Source: Gammaproteobacteria bacterium
Lineage (GTDB): Bacteria > Pseudomonadota > Gammaproteobacteria > 21-64-14
Direction: 5' to 3'
Assembly: GCA_027013145.1 (NCBI GenBank)
Contig: JALUXX010000060.1
Coordinates: 38,499 to 102,498 of the forward strand
Length of the DNA: 64,000 bases
Numbering within the stretch: position 1 is the stretch's first letter; each line of letters begins with the position of its first letter. Under the pieces are notes generated by a model. It was given only the letters and a program-made list of their open reading frames with translations, ran no database searches and was not told where the DNA came from. Of the stretch, positions 20,520 through 30,446 are shown piece after piece. The position numbers and the translations under genes are program-made.

Positions 20520-22427
20520 ATGGACGCCAAGACCCCCTATCCGCTGTTGAGCCGGATCGATTCCCCCGCCGAGCTGCGCCGGCTCCCCGCCTCGCTGCTC
20601 GAGCCGGTCGCCGCGCAGTTGCGTGATTACCTGATCGCGACCGTTTCGCGGTGCGGCGGTCACTTCGCCGCCGGTCTGGGCGCGGTCGAACTCACGGTGG
20701 CGCTGCACTACGTCTTCGACACCCCTGCCGACCGGCTGGTGTGGGACGTCGGCCACCAGGCCTATCCCCACAAGGTTCTGACCGGGCGGCGCGCCCAGCT
20801 GGCCGGTATCCGCAAGAAGGGCGGCCTGTCCGGGTTCCCCAGGCGCGGCGAGAGCCCGTACGACACCTTCGGAGTCGGACACGCCGGCACCTCGGTCGGG
20901 GCGGCGCTGGGGATGGCCCTCGCGGCGCGGGCCCGCGGGGAGGAACGCCGCATCGTCGCGATCATCGGGGACGGCGCGTTGACGGCCGGAATGGCGTTCG
21001 AGGCACTGGACCACGCCGGCGAGTTGGGTGCCGATCTGCTGGTCGTGCTCAACGACAATCGCATGTCGATCTCTCCGAACGTGGGTGCGCTCTCGAACTA
21101 CCTGACCCGGATCCTCTCCAATCGCCTGCTCGGGGACGTAAAGGACGGCGGCAAGCGGATCCTGGAGCACGTGCCCCCGATGCGCGAGTTCGCGCATCGG
21201 GCCGAGGAGCATGTCAAGGGAATGATGGGCCCGGGCACGCTTTTCGAAGAGCTTGGATTCAACTATTACGGACCCATCGACGGACACGACATCGGGACGC
21301 TCGTGGCCACCTTGCGCAATCTCGCGCAGCGCCGCGGGCCGCGTCTCCTGCACGTGGTCACGCGCAAGGGCAAGGGATATGCCCCGGCGGAAGAGGACCC
21401 CGTGCGCTATCACGGCGTGGGGCCGTTCGATCCGGCCGCCGGGCTTCCGGCCGGCGGGAAGAAGTCGGCGCCGACCTACACCGAGGTCTTCGGTGAGTGG
21501 CTTTGCGATATGGCCGCGCGCGACGCGCGCCTGATCGGGATCACGCCGGCGATGCGCGAGGGCTCTGGCCTGGTCGAGTTCGCCGCCCGGTTCCCGGAGC
21601 GTTATTTCGACGTGGGTATCGCCGAGCAGCATGCGGTGACCCTGGCGGCCGGATTCGCCTGCGAGGGGCTGAAGCCCGTCGTGGCGATCTATTCGACCTT
21701 CCTGCAGCGCGCGTACGATCAGCTCATCCACGACGTGGCCATCCAGAATCTTCCCGTCCTGTTCGCGATCGATCGGGCCGGGGTGGTGGGCCCCGACGGG
21801 GCGACCCACGCGGGCAGCTTCGACCTCAGCTACCTGCGCTGCGTACCCAACCTGGTGGTGATGGCGCCCGCGGACGAGGATGAATGCCGGCAGATGCTCT
21901 ATACCGGATTCCGGCACGACGGCCCGGCCGCGGTCCGCTATCCGCGCGGGCGCGGTCCCGGCACGCCGGTGCGTGCCGAGATGAGCGCCCTGGAGTTGGG
22001 TCGGGGCGAGATACGGTGCCGGGGCGCGGGAACGGCGATCCTCGCGTTCGGCAGCCCGTTGGCCGCCGCCCTTGAGGCCGGCGAGGCGCTCGGGGCGACG
22101 GTCGCCAACATGCGTTTCGTCAAACCCCTCGACGAGGCGCTGGTGGCGGAACTGGCCGCGAGTCACGAGTTGCTGGTCACGGTCGAGGACAACGTCGTCG
22201 CCGGCGGGGCCGGAAGCGCGGTGAACGAGTGTCTCGCGGCTCGCGGACTGCGGGCGCCGGTCCTGAATCTCGGCCTTCCGGACCGGTTCCTCGAACACGA
22301 CAGCCGCGAGGGATTGCTGGCCGCCTGCGGGCTTGACCGGGATGGTATACTTGCCGCGGTCCGGGGCCGGTATAGGGAGGTCTCCGCCGCGCACCCGGCG
22401 CCGGTCCACCGCCTCCAGGCGCGCTGA
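20520..22427 (+). CDS. dxs: 1-deoxy-D-xylulose-5-phosphate synthase
   Basis: [25 protein letters not shown]...[24 protein letters not shown] and DRAG..GPDG.TH motifs. Confidence 0.97.
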   Translation: MDAKTPYPLLSRIDSPAELRRLPASLLEPVAAQLRDYLIATVSRCGGHFAAGLGAVELTVALHYVFDTPADRLVWDVGHQAYPHKVLTGRRAQLAGIRKKGGLSGFPRRGESPYDTFGVGHAGTSVGAALGMALAARARGEERRIVAIIGDGALTAGMAFEALDHAGELGADLLVVLNDNRMSISPNVGALSNYLTRILSNRLLGDVKDGGKRILEHVPPMREFAHRAEEHVKGMMGPGTLFEELGFNYYGPIDGHDIGTLVATLRNLAQRRGPRLLHVVTRKGKGYAPAEEDPVRYHGVGPFDPAAGLPAGGKKSAPTYTEVFGEWLCDMAARDARLIGITPAMREGSGLVEFAARFPERYFDVGIAEQHAVTLAAGFACEGLKPVVAIYSTFLQRAYDQLIHDVAIQNLPVLFAIDRAGVVGPDGATHAGSFDLSYLRCVPNLVVMAPADEDECRQMLYTGFRHDGPAAVRYPRGRGPGTPVRAEMSALELGRGEIRCRGAGTAILAFGSPLAAALEAGEALGATVANMRFVKPLDEALVAELAASHELLVTVEDNVVAGGAGSAVNECLAARGLRAPVLNLGLPDRFLEHDSREGLLAACGLDRDGILAAVRGRYREVSAAHPAPVHRLQAR

Positions 22428-22497
22428 GGCCGCGGGCGGCGGTGGTTGGGCGGCGTGCGCCGCCACGGGATCCATTCGGGACGGCCAAGCATACGGG

Positions 22498-23607
22498 ATG
22501 TCGAGTCTTCCAGCCGCCAGCGCCGGCCGGACGCGGGTCGCCGCGAGCGATCGCGCGACCGCCTCCGATGACGCCGTTCAGGACCACCTGCTCCAGGGGG
22601 TCTCGCGCACCTTTGCGCTGACCATCCCGCAGTTGCCCCCGACGCTCGCGCGCACGGTGGGCAATGCCTATCTGCTCTGCCGTATCGTCGATACCATCGA
22701 AGACGAGCCGGCGCTGGATGCGCCCACCAAGCGCCGCTACTGCGAGCGGTTCACGGCGGTGGTCGAGGGCGATGCCGACGCCGACGCGTTCGCCGCCGAC
22801 CTGCACCCGCTCCTGTCCGCCGCAACGCTGCCCGCAGAGCGCGAACTGATCGAGCGCACGCCGCTGGTGATGCGCATCTTCCGCAGCTTCAGCGGGCCCC
22901 AGCGCGGGGCCCTGGAGACCTGCGTGCGGATCATGGCCGCGGGCATGGCCGACTTCCAGGAGAACCGCAGCGCGCGCGGGCTGCAGGCGCTGGCCGACCT
23001 CGACCGTTACTGCTATTACGTGGCCGGCGTGGTGGGCGAGATGCTCACGCGTCTGTTCTGCGACTATTCCCCGGCGATCGCCCGCAACGGCGACCGGCTG
23101 ATGGAGCTGGCCGTCTCTTTCGGTCAGGGGCTGCAGATGACCAACATCCTCAAGGACGTCTGGGACGACTACGCGCGCGGGGCATGCTGGCTGCCGCGCG
23201 AGGTCTTCGAGCCGCTCGGCTTCGACCTCGCCGAGCTGCATCCGGACCGCTATCGCCCCGCGTTGGGCGCGGGTCTCGGTGAACTGATCGCGATCGCCCA
23301 CGGGCACTTGCGCAACGCGCTCGCCTATACGCTGCTCATCCCCCGCGAGGAGACCGGCATCCGCAACTTCTGCCTGTGGGCGCTGGGGATGGCGGTGCTG
23401 ACCCTGCGCAAGCTCAACCGGCATCGCGACTTTCGCAACGGCACGGAGGTCAAGATTTCCCGTCGCAGCGTAAAGGCCACGATCCTGGCGACGCGGTTCA
23501 CCGTGCGCCACGATCGCGCGCTGCGTTCGCTGTTCTACCTGGCCGGGCGCGGTCTGCCGGACGGGACCGCATCGGTCGCGCCGGCTCCGGGCGTGGGGAG
23601 GGGCTGA
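22498..23607 (+). CDS. Squalene synthase (single-enzyme FPP farnesyltransferase type)
   Basis: VSRTFAL, YLLCRIVDTIEDE, YCYYVAGVVG and GLQMTNILKD motifs; directly upstream of shc. Confidence 0.88.
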   Translation: MSSLPAASAGRTRVAASDRATASDDAVQDHLLQGVSRTFALTIPQLPPTLARTVGNAYLLCRIVDTIEDEPALDAPTKRRYCERFTAVVEGDADADAFAADLHPLLSAATLPAERELIERTPLVMRIFRSFSGPQRGALETCVRIMAAGMADFQENRSARGLQALADLDRYCYYVAGVVGEMLTRLFCDYSPAIARNGDRLMELAVSFGQGLQMTNILKDVWDDYARGACWLPREVFEPLGFDLAELHPDRYRPALGAGLGELIAIAHGHLRNALAYTLLIPREETGIRNFCLWALGMAVLTLRKLNRHRDFRNGTEVKISRRSVKATILATRFTVRHDRALRSLFYLAGRGLPDGTASVAPAPGVGRG

Positions 23608-23608
23608 G

Positions 23609-25552
23609 ATGGCCGCGCGATCTCCGGGTCCGGGCGAGGTCCTGCAGTGGCCGGCGGGTAGCGGCGCCGACGCGGTCGGCGCCGCGGTCGCGCGCGCGCG
23701 CCAGGGACTCGTGGCGGCGCAGCAGGCCGACGGCTACTGGTGCTACGAGCTCGAGGCCGACTGCACCATTCCCGCCGAATACATTCTGATGATGCACTAC
23801 ATGGACGAGATCGACTGCGAGCTCGAGTCCCGGCTCGCCGTTTATCTGCGCGCGCATCAGCAGGAAGACGGCGGCTGGCCGCTCTACTATGGCGGCGATT
23901 TCGATATCAGTTGTTCGGTCAAGGCCTATTACGCGCTCAAGCTCGCGGGCGATTCGCCCGACGCCGAGCACATGGTGCGGGCGCGCGAACGGATCCTGGC
24001 TTACGGCGGGGCCGCGCGCGCCAACGTGTTTACACGTATCGCACTCGCCATGTTCGGGCAGATCCCGTGGCGCGGCGTGCCGTTCATGCCGGTGGAACTG
24101 GTGCTGTTGCCGAAATGGTTCCCGTTCCATCTGAGCAAAGTCTCCTATTGGTCGCGCACGGTGATGGTGCCGTTGTTGATCCTGTGCACGCTCAAGCGCC
24201 CGGCCCGCAATCCGCGCGGTATCGGTGTGCGCGAGTTGTTCACCGTCGATCCGCAGCACGAACGGCACTATTTTCCCGTCCGCTCGCGCCTCAACCGGCT
24301 GGTGCTCATGCTGGAGCGCTTCGGGCGGATCCTCGAGCCGCTGATCCCTGGGTTCGTGCGCCGGCGGGCGATGCGTGCGGCGGAGGCGTGGTTCGTGGAG
24401 CGCCTCAACGGCTCGGGCGGCCTCGGCGCGATTTTCCCCGCCATGGTCAATGCCTACGAGGCCCTGGCGCATCTGGGCTACCCCCCGGACCATCCCTATC
24501 GCGTGACGGCGATGGATGCGATCCGTAGGCTCCTGGTCGTGGGACAGGATTCCGCGTACTGTCAGCCGTGCGTGTCGCCGGTCTGGGATACCGGGCTCGC
24601 GTGCCTGGCTCTCGAGGAGGCCGACGGCGCCGTGACCCGCGACGAGACGCGCCGGGGACTGGACTGGCTCCTTCCGCTGCAGCTCTGCGAAGCGCCCGGT
24701 GACTGGCGCGAGTACCGCCCGCAACTGCCGGGCGGCGGCTGGCCGTTCCAGTTCCAGAACGGGCACTATCCGGATCTCGACGATACGGCGGTCGTCGCCT
24801 GGGCCATGCATCGGACGGGGGACGAGCGCTATGCCGGGGCGGTGCGGCGCGCGGCCGACTGGCTCTGCGGGATGCAGTCCGAGAACGGCGGCTTCGCCGC
24901 CTTCGACGCGGACAACACCCGTTATTACCTCAACGAGATCCCCTTCGCCGACCACGGGGCGTTGCTCGACCCGCCGACCAGCGACGTAACGGCCCGGGTC
25001 GTCACCTTGCTCTCGCGGCTGCTCCCGGAGCATCCGCAGTATGGCCCGGCGCTGCAGCGCGCCCTGGGCTTCCTACGCTCCGAGCAGGAGGCGAGCGGGG
25101 CTTGGTTCGGACGCTGGGGCACGAACTACATCTACGGGACGTGGTCGGTACTGGTCGCCTTCGAGGCGGCGGGGGTGGCGCGGGACGACCCCGCCGTGCG
25201 CCGCGCCGCGGCCTGGCTGCGCTCGGTGCAGCGTGAGGACGGCGGCTGGGGCGAGAGCAACGACACCTACGCCGATCCCGCCGGCGCGGGTCGCGGGCCC
25301 GTCGCCACCGCCTGCCAGACCGCCTGGGCGATGCTCGGCCTGATGGCGGCCGGAGAGGAGGGCGACTCCGAGGCGCTGCGCCGGGGCGCGGACTATCTCA
25401 TCCGTACGCAGGAGGCGGACGGGCTGTGGCGCGACGAGTGGTTCAACGCGCCCGGCTTCCCGCGCGTCTTCTATTTGAAGTACCACGGCTACTCAGCCTA
25501 CTTTCCGCTCTGGGCCCTGGCGCGCTATCGCCATCTGCGGGCGTCGGGTTGA
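23609..25552 (+). CDS. shc: Squalene-hopene cyclase
   Basis: QW repeats (QQADGYW, QQEDGGW), YPDLDDTA (DxDD), SPVWDT, GRWGTNYIYGTW and GFPRVFYLKYHGY motifs. Confidence 0.98.
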   Translation: MAARSPGPGEVLQWPAGSGADAVGAAVARARQGLVAAQQADGYWCYELEADCTIPAEYILMMHYMDEIDCELESRLAVYLRAHQQEDGGWPLYYGGDFDISCSVKAYYALKLAGDSPDAEHMVRARERILAYGGAARANVFTRIALAMFGQIPWRGVPFMPVELVLLPKWFPFHLSKVSYWSRTVMVPLLILCTLKRPARNPRGIGVRELFTVDPQHERHYFPVRSRLNRLVLMLERFGRILEPLIPGFVRRRAMRAAEAWFVERLNGSGGLGAIFPAMVNAYEALAHLGYPPDHPYRVTAMDAIRRLLVVGQDSAYCQPCVSPVWDTGLACLALEEADGAVTRDETRRGLDWLLPLQLCEAPGDWREYRPQLPGGGWPFQFQNGHYPDLDDTAVVAWAMHRTGDERYAGAVRRAADWLCGMQSENGGFAAFDADNTRYYLNEIPFADHGALLDPPTSDVTARVVTLLSRLLPEHPQYGPALQRALGFLRSEQEASGAWFGRWGTNYIYGTWSVLVAFEAAGVARDDPAVRRAAAWLRSVQREDGGWGESNDTYADPAGAGRGPVATACQTAWAMLGLMAAGEEGDSEALRRGADYLIRTQEADGLWRDEWFNAPGFPRVFYLKYHGYSAYFPLWALARYRHLRASG

Positions 25553-26319
25553 GGCGCCGCGCGCCCGGCGACCCGACGACGGACACGCCCCCCTCCCGCA
25601 ACCCGGTGCTGGGTATCGTGGCGGCGCTCCCGGCGGAGGCGCGCACGCTCGGGCACCGCAGGCTGCGGGTGCGCGCGGTGGTACCGATCGCCCCGGGCGT
25701 GCAGTGTTGCGTATCCGGTGCCGGTGCTGCGGCGGCCCACGGTGCGGCACACACGCTCCTCGCGGCGGGGGCCGGCGCCCTCCTGAGCTGGGGTACCGCC
25801 GGGGCTCTGGTCGACGACCTGGAGCCCGGGGGCCTGCTGCTACCCGAACGGGTGCGCAGCGGCGATCGCGAATTCGGCGTGGATACGGGTTGGCGTGGGG
25901 CGCTCGTGCGGCGTCTGGCCGGGCGCGGACTCCGCGGCGGGGTGTTATTACAGGGCGCACAGGTCCTGGGCGACCCGGATGCGAAGCGCGAGGCGGGACG
26001 CCGCCACGGCGCCGTGGCCGTCGACATGGAGAGCGGTGCTTTGGCCGCCGCCGCGGCCGATGCCGGGGTCCCGTTCCTGGCGGTGCGCGCGATCGTCGAT
26101 CCGCTGGCGTGGACGTTGCCGGCGGCTGTAAGTGCAGCCTTCGATGCGTCGGGCGACGTCCGCGTCGATCGCGTGCTCGGCGCGGCGCTGACCCACCCGA
26201 GTCTGTGGCCCGATCTGCTGCGGCTCGCACGCGCCTTCGCGGCCGCGCGCCGGACGCTTGCTGCCGTGGCATGCACGGCGGCGCCGCGTTTCGCTCTGGA
26301 CGATCGGGGGCGGTGCTGA
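25549..26319 (+). CDS. hpnG: Hopanoid-associated nucleoside phosphorylase (start uncertain)
   Basis: GIVAALPAEA, LSWGTAGAL, AVDMES and VRAIVDP motifs; follows shc. Confidence 0.85.
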   Translation: MRRRAPGDPTTDTPPSRNPVLGIVAALPAEARTLGHRRLRVRAVVPIAPGVQCCVSGAGAAAAHGAAHTLLAAGAGALLSWGTAGALVDDLEPGGLLLPERVRSGDREFGVDTGWRGALVRRLAGRGLRGGVLLQGAQVLGDPDAKREAGRRHGAVAVDMESGALAAAAADAGVPFLAVRAIVDPLAWTLPAAVSAAFDASGDVRVDRVLGAALTHPSLWPDLLRLARAFAAARRTLAAVACTAAPRFALDDRGRC

Positions 26320-26379
26320 GACTCGCGCAAACGGTTGACGGTCTTCCCCCGTAGCGCGGTGCAGGCCGCCATCCGGGGA

Positions 26380-27255
26380 TCACGGTTCCGGCGCGTTTCC
26401 CGATTCGGTGTCGGACCGCATCGCGCGCAGGCGCCGGTCGAGACCTGGGAGTCGGGGATCCAGGCGTGCCGCGGTGCGGTACGCGTCGCGGGCTGCCCCG
26501 CGATACCCGGCGCCGCGATAGGCGTCGCCCAGACGCATCCGGGCCTGTGCATCGTCCGCATCCAGGCCGACCTGCCGTCGCAGCCGTACGATGGCCTCGG
26601 CGTAGCGGCCGCGCTCGAGCAGGAATACGCCGTAATCCCCGAAGAGCTCCGCAGCGTGGCGCGGATCCCCGTCGCCGGCCTCGTGCTCGAGCGCGCGATA
26701 GATCGATTCGGCCGCCGCCGCGCGCCCGGCCCGCAGATGAATCCTGGCCATCAACAGGCGTCCGCGGAACGGATCACGGACCAGGATCTCCCGCGCCTCA
26801 CGACGTGCGTGCTCGATCCCGCCGCCGAGCAATGACGGCGCCTCGAGATAATAGCCGGCGAGCCCCATGCGCGCGTCGAGGTGGTCGGGATCCAGGGTCA
26901 CGGCGCGCTCCAACTCCCGCCGCACGCGCACCGCCAACCATGCCTGGCGCAGCGGGCCCGCGGTGCGTGCGTCCGCCCCGTAGGCCCGCGCCAGCCAGTA
27001 GTGCACCCGTGCCTCCTTCGGCGCGCGGCGGGCGGCGGTTTCGAGCTGCTTCAGGGCGCAGTCGAGGTCGCGTAGTTCGAAACAGGTCCGGCCGAGGTAG
27101 TAATGGAGATGCGGGGCATCCGGGTCCGCACGCAGTTCCGCCTCGAGCGCAGTGCGCGCCTGCGCGTACCGCCCCTGCTCGAACAGCGCGGCGCCCCCGG
27201 CCGCCGCGGCCGCGGCCGCGAGGAGCAACGAGCACCCAAGCACGCAACGGAGCAT
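26380..27255 (-). CDS. Exported tetratricopeptide-repeat protein
   Basis: Signal-like N-terminus; repeated TPR helices (HYYLGRT, HYWLARAYG, RMRLGDAY); YYLEAPSLLGGG. Confidence 0.8.
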   Translation of the reverse strand: MLRCVLGCSLLLAAAAAAAGGAALFEQGRYAQARTALEAELRADPDAPHLHYYLGRTCFELRDLDCALKQLETAARRAPKEARVHYWLARAYGADARTAGPLRQAWLAVRVRRELERAVTLDPDHLDARMGLAGYYLEAPSLLGGGIEHARREAREILVRDPFRGRLLMARIHLRAGRAAAAESIYRALEHEAGDGDPRHAAELFGDYGVFLLERGRYAEAIVRLRRQVGLDADDAQARMRLGDAYRGAGYRGAARDAYRTAARLDPRLPGLDRRLRAMRSDTESGNAPEP

Positions 27256-27369
27256 CCGCCCTTTCACGGCACGGAGCGTACCAGGGCGCACGCCGCAGAT
27301 CACCCCCGCGCGGGCGGGGATCGGGTGTGTGCCCCGGGGGCCGCAGGATGTCGGAGAGGGACTCGGGGC

Positions 27370-27777
27370 TCAGGCCGCCGGGGCCCCTGAGAGCGTCTCG
27401 ACGATCGGGCAGGGCTGCGCCGCGACACCGGTCCGGCAGGCGTCGATCAGGCGATCGAGCGTCTCCTGCATCGCTGCCAGATCGCGGATCTGGGCCTCGA
27501 TCTGGCGGCGCTTCTGCTCGGCGCGGGAGCGGACATCCGTGCAGCTTCCTTCGCTCAGTGACAGCAGCTCGGCGATCTCCTGAAGGTGGAACCCGAGTCG
27601 CTGGGCGCGCTTGATGAAGCGGATCCGGTCGGCGGCATCGCGCGGATAGTGCCGGTATCCGTGAGCCGGCTTGGCCGGTTCTTCCAGGAGCCCGATGCGC
27701 TGATAGTAGCGAACGGTCTCGACGTTGACGCCGGCGCTCCTGGCGAGCTGACCGATGGTGAAGGGTCTGGTGGTCAT
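27370..27777 (-). CDS. MerR-family metal-responsive regulator with three Hg-MerR-type Cys
   Basis: TIGQLARSAGVNVETVRYYQRIGLL HTH; FIKRAQRLGF; Cys in GSCTDV, DACRT and PCPIV. Confidence 0.9.
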   Translation of the reverse strand: MTTRPFTIGQLARSAGVNVETVRYYQRIGLLEEPAKPAHGYRHYPRDAADRIRFIKRAQRLGFHLQEIAELLSLSEGSCTDVRSRAEQKRRQIEAQIRDLAAMQETLDRLIDACRTGVAAQPCPIVETLSGAPAA

Positions 27778-27805
27778 GATGGCTGCACCCTTTGGTTGAT
27801 GGTGG

Positions 27806-28240
27806 TTAGATGTGGTCCGAATGCGCGGGGTCTGGGGGCGGGCGCCGGTCGAGGCTCAGCAGTGTGTCCTCGCGGCGCAGGACGAACAGCGCCACGAACG
27901 CTGCGAGCACCGGTACGCCGGCGATGAACAGGTGATTGCGGCCGAAGGGGGAGAGGAGTTCCCGGTACGTCGACAGCGTCGATACGGTGTGAAGCAGCAG
28001 TGCCAGTCCGTAGGTTCCGGTCTTCCACCAGCCGGCGAGAAAGGCCGCGCTCAAGAGCAGCTCGGCGACGCCGATGACGCGCGCGGCGGTGGCCGGGATG
28101 TGGAGCCCGTAGAAGTGGGAGAAGATATGGACCGTCCCCTGAGACTGGACCAGCTTGTCGACACTCCACAATGCCAGGAATACCCCCAGCCCCAGCCGCA
28201 ACACGAGCAGCGCGACGCGCAACCTTCCGGTTTCGTTCAT
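27806..28240 (-). CDS. DoxX-family membrane protein
   Basis: LRLGLGVFLALWSVDKL...GVAELL; four hydrophobic segments; GGAGG RBS. Confidence 0.8.
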   Translation of the reverse strand: MNETGRLRVALLVLRLGLGVFLALWSVDKLVQSQGTVHIFSHFYGLHIPATAARVIGVAELLLSAAFLAGWWKTGTYGLALLLHTVSTLSTYRELLSPFGRNHLFIAGVPVLAAFVALFVLRREDTLLSLDRRPPPDPAHSDHI

Positions 28241-28301
28241 GGCTTCCGCTCCTCCCGTCCCCGTGGGTGCCCGTAGGGCGAGTCCGGCGCCCGGACCAAT
28301 A

Positions 28302-28328
28302 GTCGGTCGGTGGGGGGTAGAACTTACA
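28302..28328 (-). promoter_or_regulatory. ECF-type promoter for doxX-merR-TPR
   Basis: Minus strand TGTAAG-N17-CGAC(TA), about 60 bp upstream of the DoxX ATG; the motif recurs four more times in the island. Confidence 0.75.
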
Positions 28329-28400
28329 TTCGCTCCGGGGCCATAAAAGATGATACAATTCAATATGTTAAATGTACGTTTTCGGTCGGGCACCCGCAGA

Positions 28401-28596
28401 GCGGGCCTCGGCCCGCCGACGACGCATCGTCCCAACGAGGTCGGCTCGATCCCACGGTGTCGGTCGGGCAAGCCCGGCCCTACCGACACGTCTCGCGCCG
28501 CCGCGGGTCGCCCGCAGGGCGGGCCTCGGCCCGCCGACGACGCATCCTTCCAACGGGGTCGGTTCGATCCCACGGTGTCGGCCCGGCAAGCCGGGA
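28401..28596. repeat. Two tandem REP doublets of the same family as the 14.7 kb cluster
   Basis: GCGGGCCTCGGCCCGCCGACGACGCATC...GATCCCACGGTGTCGG twice; the first unit ends CGGGCAAGCCCGGCCCTAC. Confidence 0.8.
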
Positions 28597-28624
28597 CCCT
28601 CGGCACCTTCCAGCCGCGGCGCGC

Positions 28625-28651
28625 TGTAAGAAAACGATCCGCCACGGCGAC
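28625..28651 (+). promoter_or_regulatory. ECF-type promoter for the Met-rich lipoprotein-cupredoxin pair
   Basis: TGTAAG-N17-CGAC(TC). Confidence 0.75.
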
Positions 28652-28829
28652 TCTTGCAGCGGGTTTCGTGCGCCCGTGTCCGGCTGCAGAGTCCGTACAC
28701 GCACAACGGTGTCGGCGCGCGGAACGATGATGATCGCGGTTCGCGGCGTTGCGTTGCGCGCCCTGGATCAGGTGCCGGCTACCGGACACCGCGCCCGCGT
28801 ATCCAACACCCTTGCAGGAGATCTCGCGC

Positions 28830-29861
28830 ATGAAACCGAAACTGACAATCGAAGACAGCCGTGTGCGGCGACGTCCGGGCCGGCGATACCTGCTCCTGGG
28901 CGTGCTCGCGGGAGCGACCGCATTGTCGGGTTGTGCCGCCACCCAGAATGCGATGATGAAGATGATGCCCGCGAGCATGAAGCAGAAGATGATGGCGAAG
29001 ATGACGCGGGAGATGCAGGCCCAGGATCCATGGAAGGGCTACCTCGCCGCCCATCGGGGCGAGACCAAGCCCCTCGGGCTGCTCGGCGGACCGGTCCGCG
29101 TGAGCATCCGACAGGAGGGCGGGGGCGTTTTCGTGGCACTGCCCGACTACCGGCGCCTGGACCCCGACGTCTTCGGCACGCCCAAGCTGCCGCGCGCCTA
29201 CGGCGGTACCCCGGGCATCAGCGGCGTGCCCCCCATGGCGCGCGCCGAGGACGACGGCCATTACACCAAGCTCAAGATGCTCAGCCCGTTCGGCGACAAG
29301 TACACGGTGATGGCGGACGGGCGCCTGAAGCTTTCCGCGCTCGATGCCACCGCGACCGACGCCGCGCGTACGCGCGACTGGACGCATATGACGGCGAGCT
29401 GGAAGGACAAGGCGGGCAACGTCTATGAAGTGAAGTGCTGCCGGATGATGGCCGCGCACGGGCTCGAGTTCCCGACCTTCGGCGGCGTGGCGACGAACCT
29501 CATCCTGCACGGGTCATCGCGGATCGGAACGCCGCTGATGCCGACGGAATACACCTACTTCGCTTTCTGGGGTGTCGGCAGCGTGATGAAGAACGGCGAG
29601 GTCGTCGATCCACATCGCCTGATCCACGGCATGCTCACGGAGTATGTGCGCACCACCGGTTACCGCCTGGGCTTCGATAAGGACATCACGCCCACGCGCC
29701 TGCAGTTCCATCTGATGGTGGCGCCGTTCAAGCCCGACATGAAGACGGGTCACTTCGACCCGGCCCCCGTGAAGACGGGGTTCCGCCTCCCGAACGGCAT
29801 GCCGCTGCCCTTCTGGCATGTCATGTTCGAGAACCTGAAGATCGAGGCGCGCCGTGGCTGA
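28830..29861 (+). CDS. Uncharacterised Met-rich, putative Tat-exported lipoprotein
   Basis: AGGAG RBS; RRRPGRRYLLL twin-Arg-like signal; LSGC lipobox; MMKMMPASMKQKMMAKMTREM; strong coding bias. Confidence 0.8.
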   Translation: MKPKLTIEDSRVRRRPGRRYLLLGVLAGATALSGCAATQNAMMKMMPASMKQKMMAKMTREMQAQDPWKGYLAAHRGETKPLGLLGGPVRVSIRQEGGGVFVALPDYRRLDPDVFGTPKLPRAYGGTPGISGVPPMARAEDDGHYTKLKMLSPFGDKYTVMADGRLKLSALDATATDAARTRDWTHMTASWKDKAGNVYEVKCCRMMAAHGLEFPTFGGVATNLILHGSSRIGTPLMPTEYTYFAFWGVGSVMKNGEVVDPHRLIHGMLTEYVRTTGYRLGFDKDITPTRLQFHLMVAPFKPDMKTGHFDPAPVKTGFRLPNGMPLPFWHVMFENLKIEARRG

Positions 29862-30294
29862 GCGGGCGGATAGCGTACGCGCCCGGGCGGGCGTACTGGC
29901 GATGGTCATCCTTGGGGCGGTTTTTGCCGGCGCGCCGTTCGGCGCGCCGGCAGCCGCCGTCGCGTCGGCGCCGGGCGCTGTGATCCGCCTGACGAACACG
30001 CTCGCCTTCGAGCCGAAGGCGGTGACCGTCCACGTGGGCCAGGCGGTCGAGTGGCGCAACGGCTCGCTGCTCGTGCATACGGTGACGGCCGACCCGGCCC
30101 TGGCGGCGAACGCGAAGGACGTCGCCCTCCCGGCCGGGGCCAAGCCGTTCAACTCCGGCGATCTGAAGCCGGGCGCGACCTATCGACATATCTTTGCGGT
30201 TCCGGGTCGCTACCGGTATTTCTGTATCCCGCACGAAGGCGCAGGTATGGTCGGGGAGGTGGTGGTGCTCCCCGCGCAAGTCGGGGTCCGCTGA
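29854..30294 (+). CDS. Plastocyanin/azurin-family blue copper protein
   Basis: Signal peptide; FEPKAVTV..G..VEW.N, VHTVT and YFCIPHEGAGMVG (His/Cys/His/Met type 1 ligands). Confidence 0.93.
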   Translation: MAERADSVRARAGVLAMVILGAVFAGAPFGAPAAAVASAPGAVIRLTNTLAFEPKAVTVHVGQAVEWRNGSLLVHTVTADPALAANAKDVALPAGAKPFNSGDLKPGATYRHIFAVPGRYRYFCIPHEGAGMVGEVVVLPAQVGVR

Positions 30295-30446
30295 AGGTGG
30301 ATCGATGGGTATGGTCGCGTCCGCTCCGCCGTCGTCGCACCCGAAGCGTCGATTGGTCGGATGGGGCGACGAGCAGTGCCGGACGACGTCCACACAACGA
30401 AACATATAGAACGGTTAGCACTACGCGTAGTTGGACGACGTTCAAA

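Noticed and set aside
26128-26155. Further GTAAG/CTTAC hits as ECF promoters (26128, 30832, 31921, 33878, 51123, 58527)
   Set aside because: None has CGAC at 16-17 nt spacing and most lie inside coding sequence.
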